A DNA stretch of 64,000 nt from an uncultured Candidatus Binatia bacterium (GCA_965218425.1 OZ244621.1:3776001-3840000), one strand, 5' to 3'. Shown: positions 48,890-59,086, counted from the first letter of the stretch. Program-made: numbers and translations. Notes: generated by a model not told the origin, from the letters alone.

Positions 48890-49729
48890 TTAAGGAACTC
48901 CTGGTGGTTTGTTGTTCTTGTCGTAGTAGCCGCTCGAAAACTCTGGTTTGCGTTTTTCAGAAAATGCGGCAGATCCCTCGTCATAATCCTTGCTCTGACG
49001 CAGGTGGGCGTAGTACTCCCTGTGCAGCTTGAATCCTTCCTCCCACCCTTGGATCTCGTACAATAGCTTGTAAATATACTCTTTCGTGTGGGCGGCGATC
49101 AGCCTTCCGTTCCGATTGATGGTGGAGCAAAGCTCCAAGCAGTCGTTCATGAGTTTGTCCGGCTCGCAGATTTTCTGCACGAGCCCAAGTCGGAAGGCTG
49201 TCTCGGCATCCACCATTTGACCCGTAAGGCCAAACCAAAAGGCCCAACCGGAGGGCAAGGTGCTTACGTAGGAGGGCCAAGCGGCCATGTGGGACCAACG
49301 AACCTCAGAACAACCGAATTTCGCCGCCGGAACGCAATACCGAATATCGCAGTTGAGGGCCAGGCCGAAGCCGCCGCCGACGGCAAAACCATTGATCGCC
49401 GCGATGATGGGTTTGTTGAGCTCAAGTTCACGTAGATTCGGATAAGGTCTCGGGCCAAAACGAGGTCCCTTGATCTCACCACGGGCGGCGGCCAGATTCT
49501 CCTTCAGGTCGCCCCCCGCACACCAGGAATCACCTGAGCCGGTGAGGATAATGGTCCAAACATCATCGTCGGCCTTTGCCTCTTGCCAGGCGTTCTCCAA
49601 TCCCCAGTACACGTCACGATTGATAGCGTTTTTTTTCTCCGGGCGGTTGAGTTGAATAACGGCTGTATGAGGTTCGTGCTTTTCATATTGGACAACGGAT
49701 TCTGCCATTTCAGTTCCTTTCATTTTCAA
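48890..49729 (-). CDS. Enoyl-CoA hydratase/isomerase (crotonase) family
   Basis: LNRPEKKNAI, CAGGDL, KPIIAAINGFAVGGG, AFSEKRKP. Confidence 0.93.
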   Translation of the reverse strand: MKMKGTEMAESVVQYEKHEPHTAVIQLNRPEKKNAINRDVYWGLENAWQEAKADDDVWTIILTGSGDSWCAGGDLKENLAAARGEIKGPRFGPRPYPNLRELELNKPIIAAINGFAVGGGFGLALNCDIRYCVPAAKFGCSEVRWSHMAAWPSYVSTLPSGWAFWFGLTGQMVDAETAFRLGLVQKICEPDKLMNDCLELCSTINRNGRLIAAHTKEYIYKLLYEIQGWEEGFKLHREYYAHLRQSKDYDEGSAAFSEKRKPEFSSGYYDKNNKPPGVP

Positions 49730-49895
49730 GTTTTTCCTTCAGTCATGGATTGTAGATCGGACGAAGATGACTCACGTGAAATCGCAAAGGGCGCCAAAGG
49801 CGAAGAAAAAGGGAGGTCATTCTCTTCGGGTGCTTGGTGTAGCGGCGCGGTAAACTTCGTCGAAGTCCTTTGGTGAGCATTTTATCGTCGAGAAT

Positions 49896-51104
49896 CTAAA
49901 TCAGCACACCCTCTGCTTCCAATTCCTTGATCTGTTCATCGCTGAGACCCAAGAGTTCGCTCGCCACTTCATGGGTGTGCTCGCCCATGAGGGGAGCCGG
50001 ACCCCTCACCTTCCCCGGTGTCCTTGATAAACGCAAAGGGAGGCCTTCCGTAACCATCTCTCCGCCCTCAGGCTCATCGAGCTTTACCAGAAAGCCACGT
50101 GCCGCGTACTGTGCGTCCCGTTTGAACTGGTCTTCCACGTCCTGTACCACGCATGCGCAGACACCAACTCCTTGAAGCTTCTCCATGACCTCGTAGGGGT
50201 CCAGTTGGCTGGTCCAGCTCTGGACCCACTGGTCCAGTTCTTCCCTGTGCCGGAGACGGTCCAATCGAGTAGTGAATTGTCCTTTGAGATCCAGTCCCGA
50301 TTCCACCAGTAGCCGGGAAAAACGTTCCCATTCGTTTTGGTTGTAAACGGCGATGACGCACCATCGGTCGTCGCCCTTGCAAGGGTATGCCCCGTAGGGT
50401 GCGGCCACCAGACTCCGGTTTCCCTCCGGCTGCGGATCTCGACCGTTGACTGAGTATTCTAGATACCTTGGACCAAGCAGGGATGCCCCGATTTCCAGTT
50501 GAGCGTTGTCGATCCACTGGCCATTGCCGGATTTTTTTCGGCGCAACAGAGCGAGTACCACGGCGAATGCCCCCGTCACTCCTCCCATGAAGTCGGGATG
50601 CTGTGTTCTCGGCTCGGCTGTGGCGGTGGTAGCTCCCGGTCTATTCCAAAGGTAGGTGCTTCCCATGATGTTTCCCACATTAGGACCCCAGGTGAGATCC
50701 GCTGCGTGTGGGCCTGTGCTGCCAAGGCCTTTAACTCGTACAAGAATGCACGATGGATTCAGTTCCTTCAGCTTAGGGTAGTCGAGTCCCCACCTTTCCA
50801 AAACCCCTAGGCCGTAGTTTTCAATCAACACGTCGGAGACTTTGACCAGCTCTTTCACGAGCCCTGTCCCCTTCTCCGTCTTCATGTTGACAGTAAATGA
50901 CTTCTTTCCCCTATGGAGCTTGGCAAAGTCGGGTTTTTTATTCCATTTTTTCGGATCCTCACCCCTGTGTCCATCACTCCGGGTCCGAGTCTCGACCCGG
51001 ATGACCTCAGCCCCGAATTCACCCAGCACCCGTCCACAGGTTGGACCGGCCGCCCCAGTGGTTAGCTCCAATACCCGAATTCCTTCCAGAGGAAGCTCTT
51101 TCAT
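49896..51104 (-). CDS. CoA-transferase family III (CaiB/BaiF), catalytic-type subunit
   Basis: PLEGIRVLEL, GAEVIRVE, RGKKS, HPDFMGG (catalytic Asp region), APLMGEH. Confidence 0.92.
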   Translation of the reverse strand: MKELPLEGIRVLELTTGAAGPTCGRVLGEFGAEVIRVETRTRSDGHRGEDPKKWNKKPDFAKLHRGKKSFTVNMKTEKGTGLVKELVKVSDVLIENYGLGVLERWGLDYPKLKELNPSCILVRVKGLGSTGPHAADLTWGPNVGNIMGSTYLWNRPGATTATAEPRTQHPDFMGGVTGAFAVVLALLRRKKSGNGQWIDNAQLEIGASLLGPRYLEYSVNGRDPQPEGNRSLVAAPYGAYPCKGDDRWCVIAVYNQNEWERFSRLLVESGLDLKGQFTTRLDRLRHREELDQWVQSWTSQLDPYEVMEKLQGVGVCACVVQDVEDQFKRDAQYAARGFLVKLDEPEGGEMVTEGLPLRLSRTPGKVRGPAPLMGEHTHEVASELLGLSDEQIKELEAEGVLI

Positions 51105-51135
51105 GGTGAACTCTCCCGCATTCGAAGTGAACCCA

Positions 51136-52344
51136 TTAGATTGCACCCGCAGCCCTTAGTGCTACTAAGTCTTGCTTGGAAAACCCCAGTTCTCCGCAAT
51201 AGATTTCCTCATTGTGCTCACCGATCAAAGGTGCGGTCCTGGTTACTTCACCTGGGGTTTCGCTGAACCTGGGCACCGGGCCAAAGTGTAAATATTTGCC
51301 GACCAATGGATGTTCCATCTCGACGAAAAGTTCCCGGGCCTTTGTGTGGGCACTTTCCATGAACTCACGCGCGGTGTTGATGGGGGTAACGCTAATTCGG
51401 CGTTTTTGCCCTTCTTCGTAAAGCTCCTCTTTAGTGTGGCGCTGGCAGAATTCCGTGATCAACTTCATGACCATCTCGGGATGTTCCCGACGGTAGGCCA
51501 TTTTTTCGAATTCGGGTCCCGCGATGGCCTCAGGGCGCCCCATCCAGTCCACCAACCGTTGCCATTGTTCCACGGGGATAATGAAAATCCGCACATAGCC
51601 GTTTTTCGTTGGGTAGGGGTCGTACAGGTCCGTTTCCTCCCCTCTCCTCGATAGTCGGCTAGCCTTCGCTCCCGTGTACGCGTAATTGGGGATAAAGTAT
51701 CCAGCGATGTGGGCGGCACATTCATGCATGGAGACATCAATTTCTTGTCCCTCACCGCTCTTCTCTCGATCGTACAGCGCAATGGCGATGCCCAGGGCCC
51801 CGTAAGTAGAAGCCATGCCATAGGCAATCTCCCCCGGCCCCTGCAGAGGGGGCTCCCCCGGCTCTCCCGTTAGGACCATGAGATTACTGAGGGCGAGACC
51901 GGCAATGTCAGTGGCCTTGTAGTCCCGCCAGGGTCCGGTCTGTCCGAAGGGCGTGATGGATGTAAAGATCATTCGGGGATTCACGGAACTTAACCCACGG
52001 TAGCCCAGACCCAACTCGTCCAGTCGCCCGGGACGATGGGTATTCACTACCACATCGGCGGAACGCGCAAGTTCTACAAGGATGGATTGCCCGTCGCGGG
52101 ATTCCAGATTCAGGGTAATGCCACGTTTATTTGTGTTGTAGTGCAAGAAATAAAGGCTCTTTTCCGGATGCGGCAGGTCATCTTTGAACGGCGGCATTCC
52201 ACGTGCTTCGTCCCCGCCTAGCGGCTCCACCTTCATCACGTCAGCCCCCATGTCGGCCAGAAGCTTTACGCAATGAAAACCAAGGGGGCCGGACATATCC
52301 AGAACGCGGCAACCCGATAGTAATGAGATTTGATTAGCATTCAT
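51136..52344 (-). CDS. CoA-transferase family III (CaiB/BaiF), subunit lacking the catalytic Asp
   Basis: LADMGADVMKVEP, NTNKRG, SITPFGQTGP, APLIGEHN; GEIAYG at the Asp position. Confidence 0.92.
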   Translation of the reverse strand: MNANQISLLSGCRVLDMSGPLGFHCVKLLADMGADVMKVEPLGGDEARGMPPFKDDLPHPEKSLYFLHYNTNKRGITLNLESRDGQSILVELARSADVVVNTHRPGRLDELGLGYRGLSSVNPRMIFTSITPFGQTGPWRDYKATDIAGLALSNLMVLTGEPGEPPLQGPGEIAYGMASTYGALGIAIALYDREKSGEGQEIDVSMHECAAHIAGYFIPNYAYTGAKASRLSRRGEETDLYDPYPTKNGYVRIFIIPVEQWQRLVDWMGRPEAIAGPEFEKMAYRREHPEMVMKLITEFCQRHTKEELYEEGQKRRISVTPINTAREFMESAHTKARELFVEMEHPLVGKYLHFGPVPRFSETPGEVTRTAPLIGEHNEEIYCGELGFSKQDLVALRAAGAI

Positions 52345-52469
52345 GGTGACGGTTTTGCTCCATCCATGGGATGACATAGCCTAGTTACTCGTATCACAGC
52401 ACCATGTCAAGCATGGGAATGCAGGCTCAAGCTACGGTCAAGCACATCAAACGAATTTATCGAAGAAAT

Positions 52470-52495
52470 AAAAAAGCCCCACCTAAGGCGGGGCT
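52470..52495 (-). terminator. Rho-independent terminator after tRNA-Gly
   Basis: Minus strand AGCCCCGCC-TTA-GGTGGGGCT followed by a T run. Confidence 0.75.
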
Positions 52496-52501
52496 ATGGA
52501 G

Positions 52502-52578
52502 TGGAGCGGGTGATGGGGGTCGAACCCACGACCTTATGCTTGGCAAGCATACGCTCTAGCCAACTGAGCTACACCCGC
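52502..52578 (-). tRNA. tRNA-Gly (GCC)
   Basis: GCGGGTGTAGCTCAGTTGGCTAGAGCG-TATGC TTGCCAA GCATA...GGTTCGACCC...CACCCGCTCCA. Confidence 0.96.
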
Positions 52579-52614
52579 ATCTAAAAAAATTCCTACACGA
52601 AAGGGGGGTTGTTG

Positions 52615-53199
52615 TCAATTTACCTGCGCTCTATGCCCACCGTTTCTCTGCTGCATCAAGCGGATAAATTTAACGTGGTAGTTGACGGCGGACCACAAGG
52701 CCACGGCAGTGGCCACCACAAGAAAATACATGCCCACAACGTAGAAATCCACGCCGAAGTAAGGATAATGGAGGATCAAGGCAAAAACCGCGGTGGCCTG
52801 GAGTACAAGTTTATATTTACCCAAGGTCTCAGCCTCCATCACAATCCCTTCCGTCAAGGCAATCCCTCGAAGGATCGTAACCGCTGTTTCCCGGGCCACC
52901 ACCACCACCACCAGCCACGCCGGCACGATGGCATTATCGGGTCGGTCCATAGCCGCCAGCATGATCAAAGTCGCCACAATCATCAACTTGTCGGCCAACG
53001 GGTCGAGGACCTTTCCCAGGTTGGAAACCATTTTATTACGTCGGGCCAGATACCCGTCGAGATAATCCGTTGCGGCAGCCACCAGGAAAAGCAGAGCCGC
53101 AATGGCGCTGGCCAGGCGGTTCGTGTACGTCAAGATGTAGACCAGCAGGGGGATGATGGCGATCCGAAACAGGCTCAAAAGGTTGGGTAGAGTCCACAT
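52615..53199 (-). CDS. pgsA: CDP-diacylglycerol--glycerol-3-phosphate 3-phosphatidyltransferase
   Basis: PNLLSLFR, TDYLDGYLAR...GKVLDPLADK; followed by tRNA-Gly as in pgsA-glyW. Confidence 0.95.
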   Translation of the reverse strand: MWTLPNLLSLFRIAIIPLLVYILTYTNRLASAIAALLFLVAAATDYLDGYLARRNKMVSNLGKVLDPLADKLMIVATLIMLAAMDRPDNAIVPAWLVVVVVARETAVTILRGIALTEGIVMEAETLGKYKLVLQATAVFALILHYPYFGVDFYVVGMYFLVVATAVALWSAVNYHVKFIRLMQQRNGGHRAQVN

Positions 53200-53254
53200 G
53201 GAGTTGAGAGTTGCTGTGTAGTTATCAGGGATCCAAGCTGTCCTGTCATAAACG

Positions 53255-53820
53255 GACCCTTTCTACGACAAAAATCATAATACTTTACAACACGGCGTAC
53301 GTATTGTTTCGTTTCTGAATAGGGGGAATGTTCCGGTAGCGTTCCACGGCTCGGCTCCCTGCATTGTAAGCCGCCAACCCCAACCTAAGGTTCCCTTGAA
53401 AACGGTCCAGGAGCAACCGCAGGTGACGGACACCGGCCTAGGTGTTCTGGCCTAGGTCTTGAATGTTGTCCGCCCGATGCTGATGTGCCGTTGCCGGCAT
53501 GAGCCGCATTAGGCCCCGCGCCCCTTTTTTTGAAACCGCCCCGGGATCGAAATCGGACTCCACCTTCATTACTGCCCATACCAAATTTGGATCCACACCG
53601 TATCGGTTCGAAGCGGACCTCACAAGCTCATCGAAACTTAGGGTTTGCCCTGGCACACGACTATGTTGACTGCGGTTCCTAATAATCACACGGCAACCCG
53701 AATGGCTAAGGGCATTGATAAAGGTCAAGACGTACGAGAATCACGATGAACATAGATACCGGCCACCACCCATTGTACCAAAAATAAAGCAAAAGTGAAC
53801 AGCAGCACAATTATTCTCAT
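53255..53820 (-). pseudogene. Lytic transglycosylase (SLT domain) pseudogene
   Basis: Signal peptide from ATG 53820; frameshift near 53735; AVMKVESDF and GARGLMRLMP; in-frame TAG at 53438-53440; then LAAYNAG; second frameshift before YSETKQYVRRV. Confidence 0.85.
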
Positions 53821-53973
53821 GCTGGAAATTTCTCTCCTTGATTCATCAGAGCACCCTCTTGGTCCTTTCCGTCAAATTCCTTGAATTTCAGTAGGTGTCG
53901 AGGGGCCAAGGGGCTGATTTTTCCTGAGAAGGCTTCAGAATAAGCTCAGCAGGGGTAAACACGACAGCCGCAA

Positions 53974-55063
53974 TGCATAAGGCCAGAAACATCTTGCACA
54001 TTCTGGGTGGTTGAGCTGGGATGCAGATCCGGGATTTCTCTTACCGCATCTGGGGCTTTTCCAGACTCGCTGACTATGCCATACGCTGGGAGACTAGGGT
54101 TAGTAATAAGGCAAAGCACAAGGCTCGGGTGCTCAGTTTGTGGGCCAAGCATGGGGTTGGAAGCAACTGAAGAGGCCTTTGGAGTGAAAAGGCGGACCCT
54201 GTATTACTGGAGAGGGCAGCTGATGAAAGGGGGCGGGAAGCTGGAGGCATTAAACGAGGATAGCAAGGCTCCCCATAGGCGTAGGAGTCGTAGTTGGCCT
54301 CAGTTGGTGCTTGGACAGATTGGCCGCATAAGGACGGAGCACCCCAATCTAAGCAAAGAGAAGATCTATCTATCGCTCAAGCCGTGGTGTGAGAGGCAGG
54401 ATCTGAGGTGTCCAAAGCCCAGGAGCATTGGTCGGATCATAGCTGGGGCTGTGGACAAGATGAGAACGGTTTCCATGAAGATAAGGTCTAACGGTCGTAG
54501 AGTAACCAACAAGCCGAAGCGGGCAAGAGACCCCCAGGGTTTTAGAGCGAGCGGTCCTGGTGAGTGCGGGGCCTTCGATAGGGTGGAGTTGTTCCTTGAT
54601 GGGCTAATGAGGTATGGGATCACCTTCACTGATGTCTACTCCCGGTTCTGTTTTGCCTGGGCGAGCCACAGCCATGGCTCTGAGGCAGCCAGGGAAGTCT
54701 ACAGGGTGCTCAGCGAGGTGTTTCCCTATCCGCTTCAATATGTGCTCACAGACAATGGCTCTGAGTTCATGAAGCACTTCGATGGGGAACTGAGGAGGCT
54801 GGACAAGGTCCACTGGCATACTTAATCCCAAGAGCCCAAAAATGAATGTCCATGTGGAGAGGTTTAACCGTACCCTTCAAGAAGAGTTTCTCGATTATCA
54901 TGAGGATCTGCTCGTGAAGCCGGCAGCCTTTAACCGCGAGTTGATCCCGTGGCTGTTGTGGTATAACGGCGAGCGGCCTCACTGGGGACTCAACCTTAAG
55001 TCGCCGGTGCAGTTTTTAATGGAGCAAAGACCCCAAGAGTGCAATATGTGGTGGCCCAATACA
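53974..55063 (+). mobile_element. IS481-family insertion sequence with a frameshifted transposase
   Basis: Imperfect TIRs TGCATAAGGCCAGAAACATCTTGCAC and (reverse complement) TGTATTGGGCCACCACATATTGCAC. ATG 54021, TDVYSR, TDNGSEF, VERFNRT, YNGERPH. Frameshifts near 54153 and 54824. Confidence 0.88.
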
Positions 55064-55270
55064 TTCGGTTGACATTTTTGCTCGTTATCGGATATTGTCC
55101 ATCCCGAAGCAAACCTAGTCGGGAGACGTTTCGCCAGCGGTAGCCGCGGGGTTTGCCAGATGTCAACATAGGTTTGGGTGGCTCAATGGCTCCTTGTAAT
55201 GGCAAATTAAGAATGCGCAGTGCAGCCACGAGTACCCATTAACTAAATGAAAACACTCAGGAGGTGATCC

Positions 55271-56389
55271 ATGACAACGGAACGCTATCAACCATGGTCT
55301 CTGACTCCCTTTGAGAAATGGATTAAAGAAGAAGGGCTCCGTGTTTATTCTCAACAGGTGGTGCAGAATATCCACGCAGTGGAACTTGGACCGTGGGAAC
55401 GCACCGGAACGAACGCCGCAATCCTCGATTTAACCCCGGAACCTTGGGAGGGCACTCTCGTTAATACCCAGGGTACGACCCGTTACCTGTGCGAGATACC
55501 CCCAGAAGGTTCCTTCAAGGCCGAAAAGCACATGTATGAGGAGATCTTCTACGTGATGAAGGGGCGGGGCGCCACCACCATTTGGAACCAGGGTGAGCCA
55601 AAGCAAACCTTTGAATGGCAGGAAGGCAGCGTCTTTTCCATCCCCCTCAACACGTGGCATGAAATTTTCAATGGCCAAGGCGACGAAACGGTAAAACTCT
55701 ACGCTGCCACCAACGCGCCAACGACTTTCAATCTTTTTGCTAGTCCCGAACTGGTATTCAACTGCCCCATGGTTTTCCATGATCGGTATAATCCCACCGA
55801 TGAGAAGTATTTCAGTGGACGGGTCAGTAAGCTCCGGGACCGTTTCGCGGAAACCAATTTCATAGCAGATGTTCACGCCGTCTCCTTGGACCGTTGGGTG
55901 GACAGAGGCCCAGGCGCAAACATGATGTTCTCTATGTCAGGCGGCCACTTTATCTGCCACGTTTCAGAATTCCCCGTGGGGAGCTACAAAAAGGGTCATA
56001 CCGGCGAGTTCACGAGGGGACGTGGCGGTCTCCTCTCCAGCGTCGCCTATCTCTTTCTGTCCGGGGAGGGATACGACCTCCAGTGGCCCGCCGGCACCAA
56101 ACCTGGCCCAGATGTTGAATGGGAGCGCTTGGACTTCGGTACTGGTACACTGATGTCTCCGGGGACGGGTTACCATCAACACTTCAATGTGGGTTCAGAA
56201 CCGGCCCGCTATCTCGTACTTCGCTACGGCAACCCGCGGTATAGCGGATCCGCAGGCGCCAGGTACAGGGAGACCGGTGGCGTACAGATCGAGTTCGAGG
56301 ATGAGGACCCACGGATCCGTCAACTATTTTTCAAAGAGTTGGACAAGCGTGACGTCAAAGCCGACATGCCTGAGCTTTCGGCCGCATAG
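55271..56389 (+). CDS. Bicupin protein (gentisate 1,2-dioxygenase-like superfamily)
   Basis: HMYEEIFYV.KGRG...FEWQEGSVFSIPLNTWH; second cupin domain with YHQHFNVG; AGGAGGT RBS. Confidence 0.8.
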   Translation: MTTERYQPWSLTPFEKWIKEEGLRVYSQQVVQNIHAVELGPWERTGTNAAILDLTPEPWEGTLVNTQGTTRYLCEIPPEGSFKAEKHMYEEIFYVMKGRGATTIWNQGEPKQTFEWQEGSVFSIPLNTWHEIFNGQGDETVKLYAATNAPTTFNLFASPELVFNCPMVFHDRYNPTDEKYFSGRVSKLRDRFAETNFIADVHAVSLDRWVDRGPGANMMFSMSGGHFICHVSEFPVGSYKKGHTGEFTRGRGGLLSSVAYLFLSGEGYDLQWPAGTKPGPDVEWERLDFGTGTLMSPGTGYHQHFNVGSEPARYLVLRYGNPRYSGSAGARYRETGGVQIEFEDEDPRIRQLFFKELDKRDVKADMPELSAA

Positions 56390-56590
56390 AAATCCCATGC
56401 GGGTCTAAAACCGCCCTTGGAGTGAGGGAGCCTCTAACCCAAATGGTTCCCTCGAGCAGCTTCAGCCATTTCTCCCGAGATCAGGTCTAGAATTGCAATC
56501 CCATCGGGATCAGTTTGAATCCGGGCCACTGTCCCTACCCGTGGAGGAGGTGGATATAAAGCTATGCTTGGAAGTGAATTTATAGAGTAT

Positions 56591-56682
56591 TGGCGGAGAG
56601 GGAGGGATTCGAACCCCCGTTACCCGCAAGGGTAAACCTGATTTCGAGTCAGGCGCCTTCAACCGGGCTCGGCCACCTCTCC
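56591..56682 (-). tRNA. tRNA-Ser (CGA)
   Basis: GGAGAGGTGGCCGAGCCCGGTTGAAGGCG-CCTGA CTCGAAA TCAGG, long variable arm, GGTTCGAATCC...CTCTCCGCCA. Confidence 0.96.
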
Positions 56683-56702
56683 GCAACTGTCCTGTAATTA
56701 AG

Positions 56703-57197
56703 CTAAGCAGAAACTTGCTTCTTCTGCCGAAGTGAGAAAAAGAAACCGCTCAGTATCCTTGCACACCGTTCCTTTAAGATACCGCTCTTTACATGTACAG
56801 AATGATTTAACCGGGGATCGTCACAGAGACGATAGAGAGACTCCACGGCTCCACCTTTGGGGTCGTGACAACCAAAGACAAGGCGAGGAATACGAGCCTG
56901 TAGGATCGCCCCCGTGCACATGACGCAGGGTTCAAGGGTTACGTAGAAAACGCAATTGTCGAGCCTCCAGCTACCGAGACTTGTGGCAGCCTCCCGAAGA
57001 GCCAGGATCTCTGCATGACCGGTGGGTTCCTGCAATTCCTCACGACGATTGTATCCCGTTCCGATTACCTTTCCCTCATGAACCACCAATGCCCCCACCG
57101 GGACCTCATCTCTAACCAGCCCCTTGGCAGCTTCCTCCAAGGCAAGCTCCATAAAACGCTGATCATCACCCTTTTTGTTTGTGCCAAGCTTGTTCAT
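56703..57197 (-). CDS. tadA: tRNA adenosine(34) deaminase
   Basis: EVPVGA, HAEI, TLEPCVMC, DPKGGA. Confidence 0.95.
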   Translation of the reverse strand: MNKLGTNKKGDDQRFMELALEEAAKGLVRDEVPVGALVVHEGKVIGTGYNRREELQEPTGHAEILALREAATSLGSWRLDNCVFYVTLEPCVMCTGAILQARIPRLVFGCHDPKGGAVESLYRLCDDPRLNHSVHVKSGILKERCARILSGFFFSLRQKKQVSA

Positions 57198-57293
57198 GGG
57201 TTTTGTTCACAATAGCACAAAATTCATGGGAAACCGAAATTTACCGCATGCGGCTCGGTTCTCTTCGACAATGATGGAGGCCAAGGTTCAGCC

Positions 57294-58172
57294 TCAACCC
57301 AACTTTTGGCCACTCAAAAATTTCACAACGACACTATCGTGTTCTTCCGGACGTTCCCATTGAGGCCAGTGCGCGGCATCAGCCATACAATAATACTGTG
57401 CACCCGGGATTAGGGAATGCACGTATTCCCCCACATCGGGACCGGCTCCCGGATTTTTTTCAGTCCAAAGAACGAGGGTCTGCGCCTTGATATTTTTGAG
57501 ATCTTTTTCAGGAATCAAGAAATTATCGGAATCCCCGTCCCCAAAAGAATTGCTAGAGACGTCGGTTAAGGCTCGACGTGTGTCGGGGTCGCTATAGATA
57601 TTGTGGCGTACTTCCACCAACTCGTCGCTAACCCTGTCCGGGGAGGCCATAAGCCATTCAAGCCTCTTGCGAATGGTTTCCCTCGTGGGGTTATTGATGG
57701 CAGCCAACGAACGTTCCCGTAACAACTGCCGTCCCTGTGCGGGGTGCTCGTCAACGACGCCAGGCTTGAAGCGCACACCCGCCGGCGTGTTCAAGATGAG
57801 CCGGTGCAATCGATCCGGATAATTCAGCGCGAACCAAAGGGCAGCCCAGCCCCCCAGTGACTCACCTTCAATATTGGCTTTTTCAATACCCAGAGAATCC
57901 ATCAGGTCGAGAACTTGACGAGCATAAGTAGGCACGGCTCGGCCTTTATAAGGAGGTTTAGAAGAGAATCCGTGCCAGACGAGATCAATCGCCATTGCAT
58001 GAAATCTTTGCCCCAAACGGACAATGTTGCGGCTGTAAGCCTCCGCATGGCCCCCGACGCCGTGAATCAAAATCAAGGGCTCACCGTGGCCTGCCTCAAT
58101 CACTCGCGTCTTGAATTCGTTACCGTAATAACTGACCCGACTGCCCATGAGATCTACCCATATGGTTGACAT
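57294..58172 (-). CDS. Alpha/beta hydrolase (meta-cleavage hydrolase-like)
   Basis: HGVGGH, GESLG, AAHWPQWE; AGGAGGAGG RBS. Confidence 0.87.
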   Translation of the reverse strand: MSTIWVDLMGSRVSYYGNEFKTRVIEAGHGEPLILIHGVGGHAEAYSRNIVRLGQRFHAMAIDLVWHGFSSKPPYKGRAVPTYARQVLDLMDSLGIEKANIEGESLGGWAALWFALNYPDRLHRLILNTPAGVRFKPGVVDEHPAQGRQLLRERSLAAINNPTRETIRKRLEWLMASPDRVSDELVEVRHNIYSDPDTRRALTDVSSNSFGDGDSDNFLIPEKDLKNIKAQTLVLWTEKNPGAGPDVGEYVHSLIPGAQYYCMADAAHWPQWERPEEHDSVVVKFLSGQKLG

Positions 58173-58349
58173 AGTGCCCACCTCCTCCTTAAGTCCTGGT
58201 TGCCGGTGAGCATAGTTTTATACCGGTTGGGAAGTCAACCCATGCGGACAGCTCTAAAGGATTGGATGGAAGCCTCACAATCTCTTCTTCCTGGCCATTT
58301 CATAAAACAAACATCCAGCGGGTTCCTCTCGGAAGGTCTTCAATGGTAG

Positions 58350-58378
58350 TTGACACATTGTCCCAACAATGCTACTCG
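58350..58378 (+). promoter_or_regulatory. Promoter with a palindromic operator in the spacer
   Basis: TTGACA, then CATTGT-CCCA-ACAATG inverted repeat, then TG-C-TACTCG at 17-bp spacing. Confidence 0.4.
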
Positions 58379-58417
58379 CTTTGCAAGGATTGAACCGGGG
58401 AAAACTTGAAATAATCT

Positions 58418-59086
58418 ATGATTAACCCTCACCGTTCTCCCTTAACCAACATGATGCGAGGCCTGAGCCTCTCCTGCTTAATGGTACTTACTTTTCAGTT
58501 GGTCGGCTGCGGTTCAGAACCGGCTGTCTACGATCGAGACACATCTTCCTTCCGTTTTAATTGGAGAAAAGAAAAAGACCTAACCGTGCAACGCCGGGAG
58601 AAGTTCAAACTCGAATCCGAGCGTAACTTGCGTCTCCTGGAAGTGAAGTTGCAAGACACGGTGATCCTGGGAGCCTTACGCGTTGCAAACAATCGATACC
58701 GTGGTGTTTCCAATGAACAGATTCAAGCCCTGGACAAAACCTGGATCACAGCCGGCGACGACATTGTGGCAAAGATGACCGATTTCCAATGCAATGAAGC
58801 CTTGAGGATTTTTCAAGCCGGTTATGGGGCGTTCAAAGAAATTTTCGTTACCGGGATTAACGGACTGAATATCTGCGTGACCAATAAGACCAGCGACTAT
58901 TATCAGGCGGACGAAGAGTGGTGGACACGAACCATCAAGCAAGGAAAGTCCTGGCGACGGCCGAATTTGGAGTTCGATGAGAGCGCCGGAGTCTTTGCGG
59001 TGCCTATTTATGTCCCCGTTCGCGATCCGGCCAACGGAAATCTGCTTGGGGCCGCCAAAGCCGTGGTACTTGAATCAAAGCCCTGA
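58418..59086 (+). CDS. Putative lipoprotein with a Cache/PDC-like sensor domain
   Basis: Lipobox-like LVGC; EIFVTGINGLN...TSDYYQADEEWW...FDESAG...VPVRD...G. Confidence 0.7.
   Translation: MINPHRSPLTNMMRGLSLSCLMVLTFQLVGCGSEPAVYDRDTSSFRFNWRKEKDLTVQRREKFKLESERNLRLLEVKLQDTVILGALRVANNRYRGVSNEQIQALDKTWITAGDDIVAKMTDFQCNEALRIFQAGYGAFKEIFVTGINGLNICVTNKTSDYYQADEEWWTRTIKQGKSWRRPNLEFDESAGVFAVPIYVPVRDPANGNLLGAAKAVVLESKP

Noticed and set aside
49770..49860. Degenerate CGCAAAGG-type intergenic repeat (similar low-complexity tract at 62855-62925)
   Set aside because: Too degenerate to define a unit or boundaries from this window alone.
53438..53440. Pyrrolysine or amber readthrough in the SLT gene
   Set aside because: The gene also carries two frameshifts, so it is simply a pseudogene.
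56390..56590. SRP RNA, 6S RNA or cobalamin riboswitch downstream of tRNA-Ser
   Set aside because: Hairpins exist (GAGGGAGCC/GGTTCCCTC), but the SRP GGAA-loop/AGCAG motif and the riboswitch core are not present.
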